The notes under the pieces: model-generated
Told to the model about the DNA's origin: nothing
Seen by the model: only the letters and a program-made list of their open reading frames with translations
Databases searched by the model: none
Translations under genes and position numbers: made by a program
Part shown: positions 11,101-20,668 of the stretch, in pieces
How the letters are laid out: every line of letters begins with the position of its first letter
How positions within the stretch are numbered: the stretch's first letter is position 1
DNA from: a virus
Strand: one strand, 5' to 3'
DNA: 64,000 nt
IMG/VR virus record: IMGVR_UViG_3300033048_000096

Positions 11101-14100
11101 TTAAACGGATCAGAACCTGAGTCTAAGAATACCTTCTCTTCACCGATATTATCAATGTTAAAGGTTAAAGTTGCGTCATTATTTATCCCGGCCCAATCTG
11201 GCCTCACCCAAGCCTCTACAGTTCCTTCGTCAAGTGATATGGCTGATATAGCGGGAACGCTAACCGTAATGTCATCATTAAATATCAACCCATCATTAAA
11301 TTTACCCTCAGCGTACTTAAGAACTCCATCATAACTTATGTTTCCTGGCGACAAATAATCTCTACCCAAAATCCAATTACCAAATATAAGCTCATCAACG
11401 TCAGGCTCTATCTTCGTGAATGATTTAACCAACTCTTTATAGGCCGGAATTGTTGGCCCTTTAGGGAATGATTGTAGGACTCCCTTTATCGCATCTCTAT
11501 ACAACTCTCTCGATGTATCAACGCCAAATGACTGAAAAAATGGTATATTTGTTAGTGAGCCAAAATTAACCCTAAGTGAATCCCTTAACGCACCAAACTT
11601 ATATGTAACAAAATATTCTTCGCCCTCTTCTATTGAGTCACTAACGCTCCAGTCTATGGCATTATCACCATACTCATACCAAACTATAACCTCATCAAAT
11701 AAATATGCATAGTCAACGAATACAAACCCGAATCTATAATCTATAGCTAATGACGTTCCTATAGCTGGAATAAGTGTCGTTAAATAAATGATTTCAATTA
11801 GATCCCCAGAGCTTATCCCAGCATCAAGAGGTATATCTATCGTCATAGTGCCAGAGGCAAAAGTCACAGTAGGCTTCACGACTATCTCCGAGAAACCTAG
11901 AGTGGGTACCGTTGCTAACGCATTATTTATCGCTGGAGTAGATATCGTTAATGTTGACAATAATGTATCGACAGCTGTTATTCCAAATCTATTACCATCT
12001 AAATCTAACAAGAAGTCTGTGCCGTCAGAATCTACCGTTGCTAAACTTACACTAGTGGAAATTGACACGGTTGCTGAACCAACACCCGAAGATACCGACA
12101 CTATAGATAAATCTTCCAACTTCGTTATGTTCAATGATTCATCAAAAATAATCGAATCACTTGAGACTAACCTAGCTTCAACGAATGTGCTAGCAGTATC
12201 ATCAATCACAGTCACAGAAACACTAGCTCCATCTGTAAGAACTCTTCTCCTCTGCTTTTTCTTAAAATCAATTATGTTATTTTCAAAATTTACTGAACTT
12301 ACATCATATAAGTTTCTACCTCCATTCTTAACTTCGGAAACTAATGAGCTTGATGAAAACTCCTCGACCCTGTTAGCCTCACTAGAAGACTTCAGATCAA
12401 CTCCGGTTAAATCATTTAGATTAAATATTCCATTTATTGAATTTATGTCATGAGGGACAACCACTGTGTAATCGTCCAGAACAGTACATATTAACTGCCT
12501 ATCTCCAGAAGAATCAATAGCTTTAGTTTCTCCATCGTAAACATTTAAAGTATTTTCCAAATCTAACGCTGTTATGCTGTCATTATCGTTAGTAACTTGG
12601 CCATAAACTATCTCCGCATCCCTTATGTCATTTGATCCGTTTCTTTTTTTAGACACCCCTGATGCTGTTATTATGTTTTTATGCCTAGTGTCTATATCTC
12701 TGTTGAAATAACTTATGCTTCCTAAATTTATATCCTTAAATCTGCTAACAGAAAGGTACACTATCCCGTTGTTGTAGTCTACGGAGTAGTCGCCAACTTT
12801 TCTAAGTCTAGATAGGTTGGCCGAAAATACGGTGCCCTTGTTATCTACCAGCCCTCTTGATATCCCTCCCGTTGTAGTCGGTATCGTTCCTGGGTTTATA
12901 AAGACAGGTTCGAAGTATTTTTCTTTCGAAAATAACCCAACGTCATCAAACTCTATTGATGTGTTCATTAATGAGCCTATGCTGTCATGATTTTTATTTA
13001 TAATGCCCTGGCTATCAAGATTTACGATAAACCCTCTAGTACCTATTATAATGTTAGATCCCGTAGCTGGAGATGACGATGTCGCGCTTATTCCTACTGA
13101 ATTTATTAAGTTGTTGGCGTCTGGGGTTCCGAAAAAATTTATATTAAGATCTAAAACTTCACTGATCGAGCCAGCTATGCTAGATTCCCTGATGAAATAA
13201 TCAACAGAGTTCTGTGACAGCAATTCCGCTGGTATACCTGGGCTAAATGTTATGTTGTTATTCGAAATGCTTGAAGTTATTATAGTGTTAAATGTTGGTA
13301 TTATAAATTCACCAATTACTATTAGACTCTCATCAACTACTCTACTAAACTTTGCCTCTTCGGAATTAACTTCTTTTATCTCAGGAGATCTGTTGCCGGA
13401 AAATGCAATCTCTGTGTCAGTATGGAATAATGAACTATAAACTTCCCCTGTAGTTTGGTTTAAAATTCTAAACACATCAGTTATTGGGGCGTTTTGAGTT
13501 CTAAGTCTAAATGACTGGCTTAAGTTATTCTTAACGAACTCTGGCATAACTTCGATATGAGACTTCGCCAAATAATCTATACCCTGAGCAAACACTTCTT
13601 CATACCTTATAAATATTTCTGCCTCGTTATTTGAAAGTTCCCTGTCAGGAGTTGGTACTAAATCCTGGCTAAATATAGAGTAATCAAGGTCCCTGATAAA
13701 TTCTCTTCTGAAATAATAAGTTGATACATAATTATTCCTGCCGGTACCCTCTCCTAATGTTTCTGCTCCAACCAGAAATACCTCGCCAGTACTATAATTA
13801 ATCGAATACTCACCTAACTTCGACGGTAACTTACTTGAGTCAAATACTAATTCATTAGAAAACTCACTTGGTATAATGCCTGAATTTTCAGTGGTCCTAA
13901 AGGCAACTCCGCCTAGGCTAATTACTTGATTATTTATATTCACTATCGGGGCGTTATCCAAAAAGAATGATGCCGAATTCGTAGGGACTGATTCGTTTAT
14001 TGACTCATCAACTCTACTTACCTCAACTTGATCTTCCAAAATGTATTTGCCGTTATTTTTATATAGATAAGTTACGATAAATGAATCCAATACTGATGGC

Positions 14101-15050
14101 CTAGGAATATTGCCAAACTCGGATAGCAATATTTGATTATCATCTAACCTTATGAACTGGAAAGAGAAATCTTGATCATAAGAATTATCTGCTATTGAAT
14201 ATTTATACTTCTCTAGGTCATAATCAATACCTATATTTCCATCGCAATCAATCTCGTCTCCATTTGCTATGTATTTAACTGACAAAATCTTGATCACATT
14301 TCTATTCTTGAGGCTTAACAAAAATCCATCAAAACTATTGGATTCTGACGCGATATCTATAGTTTCATCCTCAGCGACCACTTGCTGTAATGATATGGGG
14401 TAAACGGGTAAAGTCTTGCTTCTTGATAATGGGTTCGAACTAGTGTAATTTAATATCTCAAATATAGGGGCAGAGTCAGTCTGCGTTTTGGCTACTCTAA
14501 TTATTTCATACGCATTCTCATTCGCCATTCTATCGGTGGCTCCAGAGCTACGAGTTCTAGGCTCATCAATTATATCGACACACAAATAATTATTGCTTAA
14601 TACCTCTCCAATTGTCTTTTGAGCGGTATATAACTCGTTAGCCTGAGATGATATCACCTTTCCTAATGTCGTATTTTCAATCTCAACCAAGTCAGGGAGC
14701 TTCTCGAACATTCTATCTCTAAATGGATTCACATTGTCAATTCCAACAAAAAATATATCTCTTGATATAGAATCAAATGGGATCCCTTGCCCCTTGGTTG
14801 ATGTGAATGGAACTTCATTAGTATCAAGGAACTTAATTAGATAATAATTCCCTGACACCTGAGGCCTTGTTTTTACCGTAATTACAGAGCCATTTAAATT
14901 TACAGATAATATCTCCAAATCATTTACGGCACCATTTAAAGAACCTATCGAGAAGTTATCCGTAGATATACTTTCAGAAACATCCTCACTGAATGTGATC
15001 TTCACTTCTGTGGTTGACGGTATTGATAATGCTATTGCTCGTAAAGCCAT
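5190..15050 (-). CDS. Giant baseplate wedge protein (P2 gpI/T4 gp7-like core) with Ig-like and LamG/ConA-like domains
   Basis: 3286 aa. Central YRDAIKGVLQSFPKGPT and C-terminal LVNRLKPAHT are gpI-type motifs. LamG motifs GTVEAWVRPDW, HHIAASW, IDEFRI, GTIEFWVSP, WHRV, MDNVRFS. Directly follows the J-like gene. Confidence 0.7.
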   Translation of the reverse strand: MALRAIALSIPSTTEVKITFSEDVSESISTDNFSIGSLNGAVNDLEILSVNLNGSVITVKTRPQVSGNYYLIKFLDTNEVPFTSTKGQGIPFDSISRDIFFVGIDNVNPFRDRMFEKLPDLVEIENTTLGKVISSQANELYTAQKTIGEVLSNNYLCVDIIDEPRTRSSGATDRMANENAYEIIRVAKTQTDSAPIFEILNYTSSNPLSRSKTLPVYPISLQQVVAEDETIDIASESNSFDGFLLSLKNRNVIKILSVKYIANGDEIDCDGNIGIDYDLEKYKYSIADNSYDQDFSFQFIRLDDNQILLSEFGNIPRPSVLDSFIVTYLYKNNGKYILEDQVEVSRVDESINESVPTNSASFFLDNAPIVNINNQVISLGGVAFRTTENSGIIPSEFSNELVFDSSKLPSKLGEYSINYSTGEVFLVGAETLGEGTGRNNYVSTYYFRREFIRDLDYSIFSQDLVPTPDRELSNNEAEIFIRYEEVFAQGIDYLAKSHIEVMPEFVKNNLSQSFRLRTQNAPITDVFRILNQTTGEVYSSLFHTDTEIAFSGNRSPEIKEVNSEEAKFSRVVDESLIVIGEFIIPTFNTIITSSISNNNITFSPGIPAELLSQNSVDYFIRESSIAGSISEVLDLNINFFGTPDANNLINSVGISATSSSPATGSNIIIGTRGFIVNLDSQGIINKNHDSIGSLMNTSIEFDDVGLFSKEKYFEPVFINPGTIPTTTGGISRGLVDNKGTVFSANLSRLRKVGDYSVDYNNGIVYLSVSRFKDINLGSISYFNRDIDTRHKNIITASGVSKKRNGSNDIRDAEIVYGQVTNDNDSITALDLENTLNVYDGETKAIDSSGDRQLICTVLDDYTVVVPHDINSINGIFNLNDLTGVDLKSSSEANRVEEFSSSSLVSEVKNGGRNLYDVSSVNFENNIIDFKKKQRRRVLTDGASVSVTVIDDTASTFVEARLVSSDSIIFDESLNITKLEDLSIVSVSSGVGSATVSISTSVSLATVDSDGTDFLLDLDGNRFGITAVDTLLSTLTISTPAINNALATVPTLGFSEIVVKPTVTFASGTMTIDIPLDAGISSGDLIEIIYLTTLIPAIGTSLAIDYRFGFVFVDYAYLFDEVIVWYEYGDNAIDWSVSDSIEEGEEYFVTYKFGALRDSLRVNFGSLTNIPFFQSFGVDTSRELYRDAIKGVLQSFPKGPTIPAYKELVKSFTKIEPDVDELIFGNWILGRDYLSPGNISYDGVLKYAEGKFNDGLIFNDDITVSVPAISAISLDEGTVEAWVRPDWAGINNDATLTFNIDNIGEEKVFLDSGSDPFNSDNNWTLVPSSNLVGGSDSLGSGTNIFNYRSDSSEKYGLSVGVYGLYKAQENLDRLISSDFSATLRVGLVGSHFNDLRGVITNIESIALCEGEIPDETFFIVGCHGPGSFVGGPWPVDISSPPIAFNIGSLIIPDGERTSGISINLNEVSGFKFVVSPAVGNGGILSIDAEDIPKYNRPHYTAGCKCYVENTISQLEKFNDLSVTIELDSAFDFTSMKSSVNIIDDLSSVFILVDGEGIFYQVIGFYDNFDNLISNLIPDSAKKLSIKRLGINNPSLAAMGSEEINSALPTGVIRLLFKSVDVVTKSDYSNSAQAFGLIKSNVIDWNNYHEYGIVRTPCDNIVDIMIDGARSRMFYTDSFYSCNLSFGQTIDSEELRGVIIGMLGGRTLANIDILRGNGTLQNRYTLSDIQIGGGGFSPTRNSFSINRDDYPLTAVGEPPNASSGDGIFIWFDELCKSPVSSDIGQWIFRARSSRSLACPTDVILSGNDYTNVFSTFFPTHKFSGVITTDGEFSSVSRAFREESQGGCDLGVICNNSFRYCGNELLENFGWSKLEDSESDFINTIVGGRETQRGNWRKHGTFDTGTSTGIYRMGPSEDLMSCVEEDNFLGNLVYTENPCSGGNFEYIVSLRVSQVDLGISSGSSGSFSGAVSGNITGITPIHLNDGEIDIKIALAFSDSSQPLVLVIDSVTGQILDIISYIWNDQNFHEYKVEKDEESGIITVYVDNLLVSQLLLGELMTPVFDATSDFSSPNIAVYLFDSNLVDSLIFHSENIPNVIDIDLIFFSGIQVDGDGYLESNDILINTDSKIEFCFNIDDLDGYSSFVDGYTDAYDGYTDFIGVDEMFITSDRTRYLLDTGASISDKRFSIFKDGKGFLNFRIFDDSLSRAKPVGKFNLATSVKHFNPGELHHIAASWKLNSVDEKDEMHIFIDGQEAPNIFKFGGNVPVKLNDKFRDVSKEVLYDFLVYDVSFCDKYTDGTVSAGNSVFQSSSSAFSQDMIGRSILITGSTLAPTLIGGEYIIRSVIDDNQITLGRGSSVDLITFEISAGDIEFEFPPIAGIKSPILTDLRNSRLSIFRVTPDGVSSEMSGVFYSVSTGNVNIIKGSNVTKPKFRVNLDTRLIEFIGQDSLCNYIATIDYTDISLHIETYGLNLENCRSKLNLSSSSYISSQSSAATGIDVFSGQSVIKSRNVEPVSLEDVLITRTILGRTVIGILDPIQLPELGYQIDFDITFDNVNCVNNLSSESGAISKQNLGRTLMLFFDSDNVNYCEFDGYEDGYQDGSLGGGTNTITVYGTTTDGINEETFFIDKNGNIDGSKFFTSVTRMDGSLIVIDPDYFEAALIELKETDSVTISNNGGSSAEIFDYKNGHFVLTTAGSAGTFPFELHAGLYSMEYPAYLNLNLPSVGNQLHIGSDMNGDNQFGGVIDEFRIISEMSTDTRITESFTSGSRSVTDDFNKSIPNCPDSQTLTLIPFDNPIDLQSRRLRSSEFLDEVNNLKYRLSSSERSDLLMVVNDSSEFASKMINKGFDLAEANKTFTEVHKAEGGPIFNIADFYRNVEEFPKSDNSVNDSFLKSGNFTSGMGIRFLNNDGKFRKDEGTIEFWVSPAIDTFVDSEKRYYVDIFSAKRERVASRTSTVIDLPNAAGEIISVKLLNKNKEFSKFYDSSESSTILFDEVSRSNISGVLEGGTGTDKDFGLASRLSASGKTVFLSESLPGKNVDVIVTYVPLSSQGDRFSIFKNENNQIVFGITANGIDNLVSVDIDWKKNTWHRVMCTYRTGGSGFDTMRIFADGNEGGLILYGTGIIYGTGYIYGQYAQGDGQFRNQKFTIPLSDEFGMVVVGSDIFGDNSSRARMDNVRFSRVIRGVIKDSSGNAIDLNYSSNLNTVSQVVEDDATTLIINFDAEIKKIDRFATIIDPKSGIYNFDIEVFDNFDKVVGINDGEVEDLIVELVNRLKPAHTNALVKFTKNKC

Positions 15051-15058
15051 ATTAAACC

Positions 15059-18000
15059 TTAGGTAATTCTAAAACTCTGCCTGGTGACAACAATAAAGTT
15101 CACTTCACCTGCAGCTATAGATTGATTGTCGAGCGCTTTTATGAATGATTTCCTACCTAATGCGCCCGACTCATTAAAGGTAGATACATTTACCGAATCC
15201 ACTCCGGTTACCGAAGTGGCTGCATTTATTATATCAGAGTAATCAATTATACTCCCTAGCGTAGAACTGTTCAATAAATTAACAACAGAATTTGATACAT
15301 TCTCTCTGATAGTATTCGTCTCACTTATCAAATTCTCATTTACTATAATTTCACCGCTAATATCAAGAAATAATGTCGAAGATTCCTTCACTAAAACATC
15401 CGCGGTTATTGATCGTACATTCTCAAGGTTAGCCGTTACGTCAGAAATTAATCTGTTTAAATTATATCTCACTGTTATACGCTCACCCTCTATTGGGGCG
15501 GTGAATTTATAATTACCGAAGTAAGATAACCCAACACCAGGCTGACTGGTTGGAGCAATAATTAAGGAGCCAACGATAGAGCTAGAAGGGCTTCTAAATC
15601 CAGATGATATTGATACCCGGTCTACCCTGGCAAATACTTTATTGGAAATTATCGTCGTGCTGCCAGAAAAGAATAAGTCCTCAAAGTCACTTACGTTATA
15701 CAGTAATAAGCTTATCCTTAACTTCTCTCCACTGGAAAAACTTAATGATGAATTATTTTCCGTAGAAGGAATCGCAAACTCAGTGTTAGCCAATGAAGAA
15801 TCTAATTCAGAAACCCCAAAACCGTATACTACTGTATTTAATCTATGCCCTATCAAATCTACACTTAAACTGCTGTTATCCAATGACACTACCGAGTCAA
15901 CCCTGGCGATACCAATACTTGACGGTATAGATGATATACCTAAATAATCTCTTATCGAAGAGTTTAAATTAAATATTAGACCACTAACAGAAACACCTGC
16001 TACTACATCTAATTCAACCCTAGTTAGAGTCTCTCCTGTGATCTTAACTTTCCCCGCCCTAGTTGCTCCAGATATTGTGACAGAAAGTCGCGTGGGACCA
16101 AACTTCTCCAAACCAGTAACGTTACCACTCGTGTCAAAATTATAAAATAACGGCTGACTGCTACCAGTAATTACAGTTAAACTAGAATCAAGTAAATCAT
16201 TAGAGGATTCAGAACCATTTATAGGTAACGATCTTAATTCAATTGATGGAACTATATTGTTAATTTCCGCAACATAGTCGACAAACAACTCCTCTCCTGT
16301 TAGGAATAGCGACTCAACCTCACTCAATACTTGACCTCCAGAAAGAATATCTTCCGATGGTAATATTATAATTTTACCGGAAAAAGACCCGTCAGAATCA
16401 TTTATCGAGTACAACTCTATTTTGTTATAAAAAACAGTCGTAACTAGCGAACTTCCGACTGGACTATCAGAAGGCAATATGATAACCTTGCCCGAGAACG
16501 AACCATCACTCTTCAATGTATTGTAAAGCTCAACACCATTTTCATTTTTTACTGACACTATATTATCTATAACACTGTCAGTTGCACCTAATGTTATGCC
16601 AGGAACCAATACACTGCCCGTCCCCTCTACGCTACCTACGGTACCAGTCGTTGTTGTTGCCGAAAATACTGATATTACTCTACTTACGTCATTGTTAACT
16701 TCAGTCTGAAACTCAAGACCATCATCGGTTCTGTCCATAATTACAACTTCAGAAGTGATTCCATTATGAACGCCCCAATCAATAGAGTCACTTACAGCGC
16801 TATCTACAAATTGTGCCCCAGTATATTCCCCGTTATAATCTATATATTTATCGTATACCAATCTCCATATGTAATCTGCACTTAATACATCCGCCGAAGA
16901 GGGGAGGGTCTTTCCTGAAATTATAATTTCTCCAGTATCATTTAATCCCGTTATGCTGTTTATATTCTGAGACTCAATTACATATACCTCACCTGTCGTT
17001 ATATTTCTAACCCTACTTGCTGTTATTACTGGAGAATGCTGAAGCTTTATTATAGTCTTGTCAGAAGAACTTACCGCAGAATTCTCACCTAATATAGATA
17101 TGTCCTGAAATACACTCAACAAACTTGTTGCACTTGAAAATCTTAATGCATCAACGCTGTTCAAGGATCGCTTAATTATGCTTTCCGCCTCAACCTCTTT
17201 TTCGTTAGATATAAATCGAAGCTTGTCGAAACCAAAAGGACTTCCTCCTGTGTCAACATTCGTATCTTTAATCAACGAATAATTCCCCGTGGTAATCCCG
17301 TTTAAAGTTATAGATTCTGACAGAATGCCTGATGAACTGCCTATCACTGATACTAATCCGCTCGCAGGCTGGAGAGGCAAAATACCGTCGTTAAATGCCT
17401 TGATTCTTCTTTCTTCCGAAGTTAATGTCGAATCTAAATTTCCTTGACCTAATATAAAATCATTTCTTTCGTCACTAGCATCTCCTGTACCTGATTTGTC
17501 AGTAAATACATACGACTCAACTATCTCCTCTAACTGTCTGCCGAGAATATATAAATCTACCTTGCCACCGGTTCCTGAACTTAAGATTCTAAAACTACCA
17601 TCATTAATTTCTATTGTTTCTGTGCCGTCTCTTAACATTAATGTGTTTCCAGGCTCAATCACTATCGCATCATTAACACCGGCTATACTTAATGCCGCAT
17701 TTCTATACCCAAATGCTGTACCTGTATTTGAGCCACTAAATATAGCAAATACTTTAGACCTAAAGGCAGAATCACTCTCCGTATTTGACCCGCCATTAAA
17801 TGACGTTAAGTTAGTTACGTTTAAAGAGTCCTCTAGGTTGTGCCCTATAACTTGAAAACTTGATATATTCCCCGTAGTTCCTGAGTTCGCAGCCCTAACA
17901 GGGACCTCGATCGCGAACGAATCCGATATTCCCGCTAAGTCCAAAGAGGATCTTAATCTATTAGCTATCGCAGAAAACTTGCTTTTTTCCGCAGTCGATA

Positions 18001-18373
18001 CTATAAAACTTCCTATAGTTCGATATTGCAATCCACTTCTAGATGTAATTACAGTTCCTGATGGTATCGGGATGTCAGTCGAAATTGTATTAGTCGTGAA
18101 TACAACTATTCCATTAGATGGCGCGCCGGAACTTCTGCTTATACCAAAGTTATTCGCCCATCTATCAAGATCCTTACCTCTCGCTATCTCCGGAGATTGC
18201 TTTTCCGAAACTAATAGCACCGAACTATGAAGCTTCTCTAACTGATCCGCCTGAATGTCTATAAATAGATCTCTAGCTACAGTCCCAGTCTTTGTATCAA
18301 GATTAGGCTGGGTTAGCCTAAGCCTCTCCTTCATCGAATTTACTATTTCACTAAAAGATCTGAAAATTGCCAC
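15059..18373 (-). CDS. Baseplate wedge protein, P2 gpJ/T4 gp6-like
   Basis: 1104 aa. Motifs GTVARDLFID, GKDLDRWANNFGISR, G.VVF, IPSGTVI, GTTGNI, FNGGSNTESDSAFR, GGKVDLYI. Confidence 0.9.
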   Translation of the reverse strand: MAIFRSFSEIVNSMKERLRLTQPNLDTKTGTVARDLFIDIQADQLEKLHSSVLLVSEKQSPEIARGKDLDRWANNFGISRSSGAPSNGIVVFTTNTISTDIPIPSGTVITSRSGLQYRTIGSFIVSTAEKSKFSAIANRLRSSLDLAGISDSFAIEVPVRAANSGTTGNISSFQVIGHNLEDSLNVTNLTSFNGGSNTESDSAFRSKVFAIFSGSNTGTAFGYRNAALSIAGVNDAIVIEPGNTLMLRDGTETIEINDGSFRILSSGTGGKVDLYILGRQLEEIVESYVFTDKSGTGDASDERNDFILGQGNLDSTLTSEERRIKAFNDGILPLQPASGLVSVIGSSSGILSESITLNGITTGNYSLIKDTNVDTGGSPFGFDKLRFISNEKEVEAESIIKRSLNSVDALRFSSATSLLSVFQDISILGENSAVSSSDKTIIKLQHSPVITASRVRNITTGEVYVIESQNINSITGLNDTGEIIISGKTLPSSADVLSADYIWRLVYDKYIDYNGEYTGAQFVDSAVSDSIDWGVHNGITSEVVIMDRTDDGLEFQTEVNNDVSRVISVFSATTTTGTVGSVEGTGSVLVPGITLGATDSVIDNIVSVKNENGVELYNTLKSDGSFSGKVIILPSDSPVGSSLVTTVFYNKIELYSINDSDGSFSGKIIILPSEDILSGGQVLSEVESLFLTGEELFVDYVAEINNIVPSIELRSLPINGSESSNDLLDSSLTVITGSSQPLFYNFDTSGNVTGLEKFGPTRLSVTISGATRAGKVKITGETLTRVELDVVAGVSVSGLIFNLNSSIRDYLGISSIPSSIGIARVDSVVSLDNSSLSVDLIGHRLNTVVYGFGVSELDSSLANTEFAIPSTENNSSLSFSSGEKLRISLLLYNVSDFEDLFFSGSTTIISNKVFARVDRVSISSGFRSPSSSIVGSLIIAPTSQPGVGLSYFGNYKFTAPIEGERITVRYNLNRLISDVTANLENVRSITADVLVKESSTLFLDISGEIIVNENLISETNTIRENVSNSVVNLLNSSTLGSIIDYSDIINAATSVTGVDSVNVSTFNESGALGRKSFIKALDNQSIAAGEVNFIVVTRQSFRIT

Positions 18374-18385
18374 GGTTACTTCCTA

Positions 18386-18817
18386 TTAAATAATTCTTAC
18401 GGTAACTGATTCTGTCAGAGATGTAAGCGCTCCTGTTTGTACAGATATAAATATATTATATAATCTGGGGTCAAGTGTATCTTTTTTTGCGGATATGTCT
18501 AGTACCGCAACGATTCTCTCTCCTGGCGTTAAAAACTGACCCCTAGATTGACCTCGCTGTAATGCCATTATCTTGTTAATTGCATCTTGAGCAGAAGACT
18601 CTAGATCAAGCTCTAATAACTCTTGATCAGGTATGTGGCCTATAGTTATCGCACCAATCTCACTGCCATAAGTAGGGTGATAACTATTCTCACCAAGCTT
18701 TGTTAGTAAAATTTTAACAATATCTTGCCTAAGCTTTTCATTGTCAAATACAGTGGCTAATGATCCGCCTAAATTAAGCTTTATATCTCCGCTCTCTATT
18801 TTTAAATCAAAAGACAT
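18386..18817 (-). CDS. Baseplate wedge/sheath initiator, T4 gp25/P2 gpW-like
   Basis: 143 aa. Motif EKLRQDIVKILLTKLGENSYHPTYGS; immediately upstream of the J-like gene. Confidence 0.9.
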   Translation of the reverse strand: MSFDLKIESGDIKLNLGGSLATVFDNEKLRQDIVKILLTKLGENSYHPTYGSEIGAITIGHIPDQELLELDLESSAQDAINKIMALQRGQSRGQFLTPGERIVAVLDISAKKDTLDPRLYNIFISVQTGALTSLTESVTVRII

Positions 18818-18862
18818 CTATCTAACCCGTCCTCATACTATTTTGTTAAAAATAATAGAAGA

Positions 18863-20668
18863 TTAGTTGGGAGGTGTAGTTGTTTTTAAATCAGTTATAA
18901 ATAAATTATATCCATCAATAATTAACTGACTAAGCTCATTTATGGAAATGATTGAATCTCGCTTATCTCCATCGCCAGGTAACAATGACCTGAACTCTCC
19001 GTTTTTTATTTTTTCAAACTGAGAGGTTGATAATAACCCCAATAAACTGCTCTCCGAAATCGAAAATAATGCTAAAGCAAATACAGTAACATCTAACGTT
19101 CCAATACCTATATCAGTGCCCAAAACAACACCTATCTCCTGAATTTTTCTCTCTATACAATTAGACGCACAATCATTCTTACTCTGAATTATCTTGTCAA
19201 CTTCAAACTCTATCCTCTTTCTTGGAACATCAATGATACTTATTAAACCGCTCATCATATGCGAATCGTGTATGGATGAATTTCTTTGGGTTTGGGACTG
19301 CAAATTCAAAACTTCCGAATTGTCACCAAGCAAAAATAAAATTGAATCCTCTATCAACTTCTGCTGCTGCAAAGAATTAAGGGGAATCTCGGTTATAGAA
19401 TTCGGATCCTCCTTTTCTGTAGTAACGAATTGATTGGCCGCCTCATTGGATTCGTCACCTATATCATTACCATTCTCGGGATCTTCACTTACCGGCCTTC
19501 TCTTTGACTTCTCAATCTCGTCAATAATAGTGTCTATATCAGAATATAATTTTGAAGCTAATCCTGATATAGCACTTCTCAACCTTAATATAAACAAAGA
19601 CTCCAGGACACCGTAACTATCCGCGGTAACTTCCGAACTTTCACCGTCAATGAAAGTGTCGGTTCCGCTAACCCTATCAAGCCTAATTCTTATTATACTC
19701 TCTAACAAGGTAGGTCGAGTTTTATTATTATTAATAACTCTAGCTCTCTGATTTGAAAATGGTGCAGCCACAACTTTGCTGGGCTCATTTATACATCCGG
19801 ATATCTCTACTGACTGGATCGGAGGAATTAACAAATACGAAAACTTCCATAAATCACTTTCTATATTAGCTATATTAACTTTTAACTCTTCGTTCGCAGT
19901 ATTGGTTAGTATGGAATTTACACTAGAACTACTAACAGTTCCACCAAATGGATTTAAATATCCTGTGCCAGAACTATCCTTCATTAATATGCTTGGGGTA
20001 TTTACTTGATTACCTGAGCTATCTAATATCTGATCAGTCTCAGGATCGTAATTCTGAAGCAATAAGTTCGCTATCTCTTCGTTCGATAAACCTCCTAAGG
20101 AAATAGTTTCCCCAGCTAACTCTAATGCAGTTGACTCTGATATATTATAGATGCTATTGTCAATAGATATTCTTCTTAATTTTCTAGTTATCTTTCTTTG
20201 GTTTAAAATTAATTCAGTCACCTCCTCCATTGACTTCGTGGAAACCTTCTGTGTTAATGGATCTACTACCATTAAAGTTTCTGAACTTCTTATCTCACTA
20301 TCTTGCTCGCTTAACCCAAACTCAGACAATCCAACCGAAGGCATACCCATCATTCTCATGAATGTATTCTCGTAAGATTCCATTTTAGATATATTAGACT
20401 CAACATCCGCGGTGAACACTCCAGAGTCATTATCTTTGAAAAACTCAATCGGCAAATAGCTAGACCTCATATTCCTAACTGACTTAGCTATTGATAAAAA
20501 TTGCTTAATTATAATCTGAGTTGATGCCTCCTCCTTATATGCCGTTGCTAACGCTTCTTTATTTAAGAACCTGTTGGCACCCTTACCCTCTTGACCTTCC
20601 TCTATCCCAAATGCTTTATTTAGCGAATTTTGGGCTAAAGCTATTTTTGAATTTAAATCATTAGGCAT
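18863..20668 (-). CDS. Hypothetical virion/baseplate-associated protein (largely helical)
   Basis: 601 aa ORF with a 1-bp stop/start overlap with the upstream gene; lies in the baseplate cluster. No family recognised. Confidence 0.5.
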   Translation of the reverse strand: MPNDLNSKIALAQNSLNKAFGIEEGQEGKGANRFLNKEALATAYKEEASTQIIIKQFLSIAKSVRNMRSSYLPIEFFKDNDSGVFTADVESNISKMESYENTFMRMMGMPSVGLSEFGLSEQDSEIRSSETLMVVDPLTQKVSTKSMEEVTELILNQRKITRKLRRISIDNSIYNISESTALELAGETISLGGLSNEEIANLLLQNYDPETDQILDSSGNQVNTPSILMKDSSGTGYLNPFGGTVSSSSVNSILTNTANEELKVNIANIESDLWKFSYLLIPPIQSVEISGCINEPSKVVAAPFSNQRARVINNNKTRPTLLESIIRIRLDRVSGTDTFIDGESSEVTADSYGVLESLFILRLRSAISGLASKLYSDIDTIIDEIEKSKRRPVSEDPENGNDIGDESNEAANQFVTTEKEDPNSITEIPLNSLQQQKLIEDSILFLLGDNSEVLNLQSQTQRNSSIHDSHMMSGLISIIDVPRKRIEFEVDKIIQSKNDCASNCIERKIQEIGVVLGTDIGIGTLDVTVFALALFSISESSLLGLLSTSQFEKIKNGEFRSLLPGDGDKRDSIISINELSQLIIDGYNLFITDLKTTTPPN

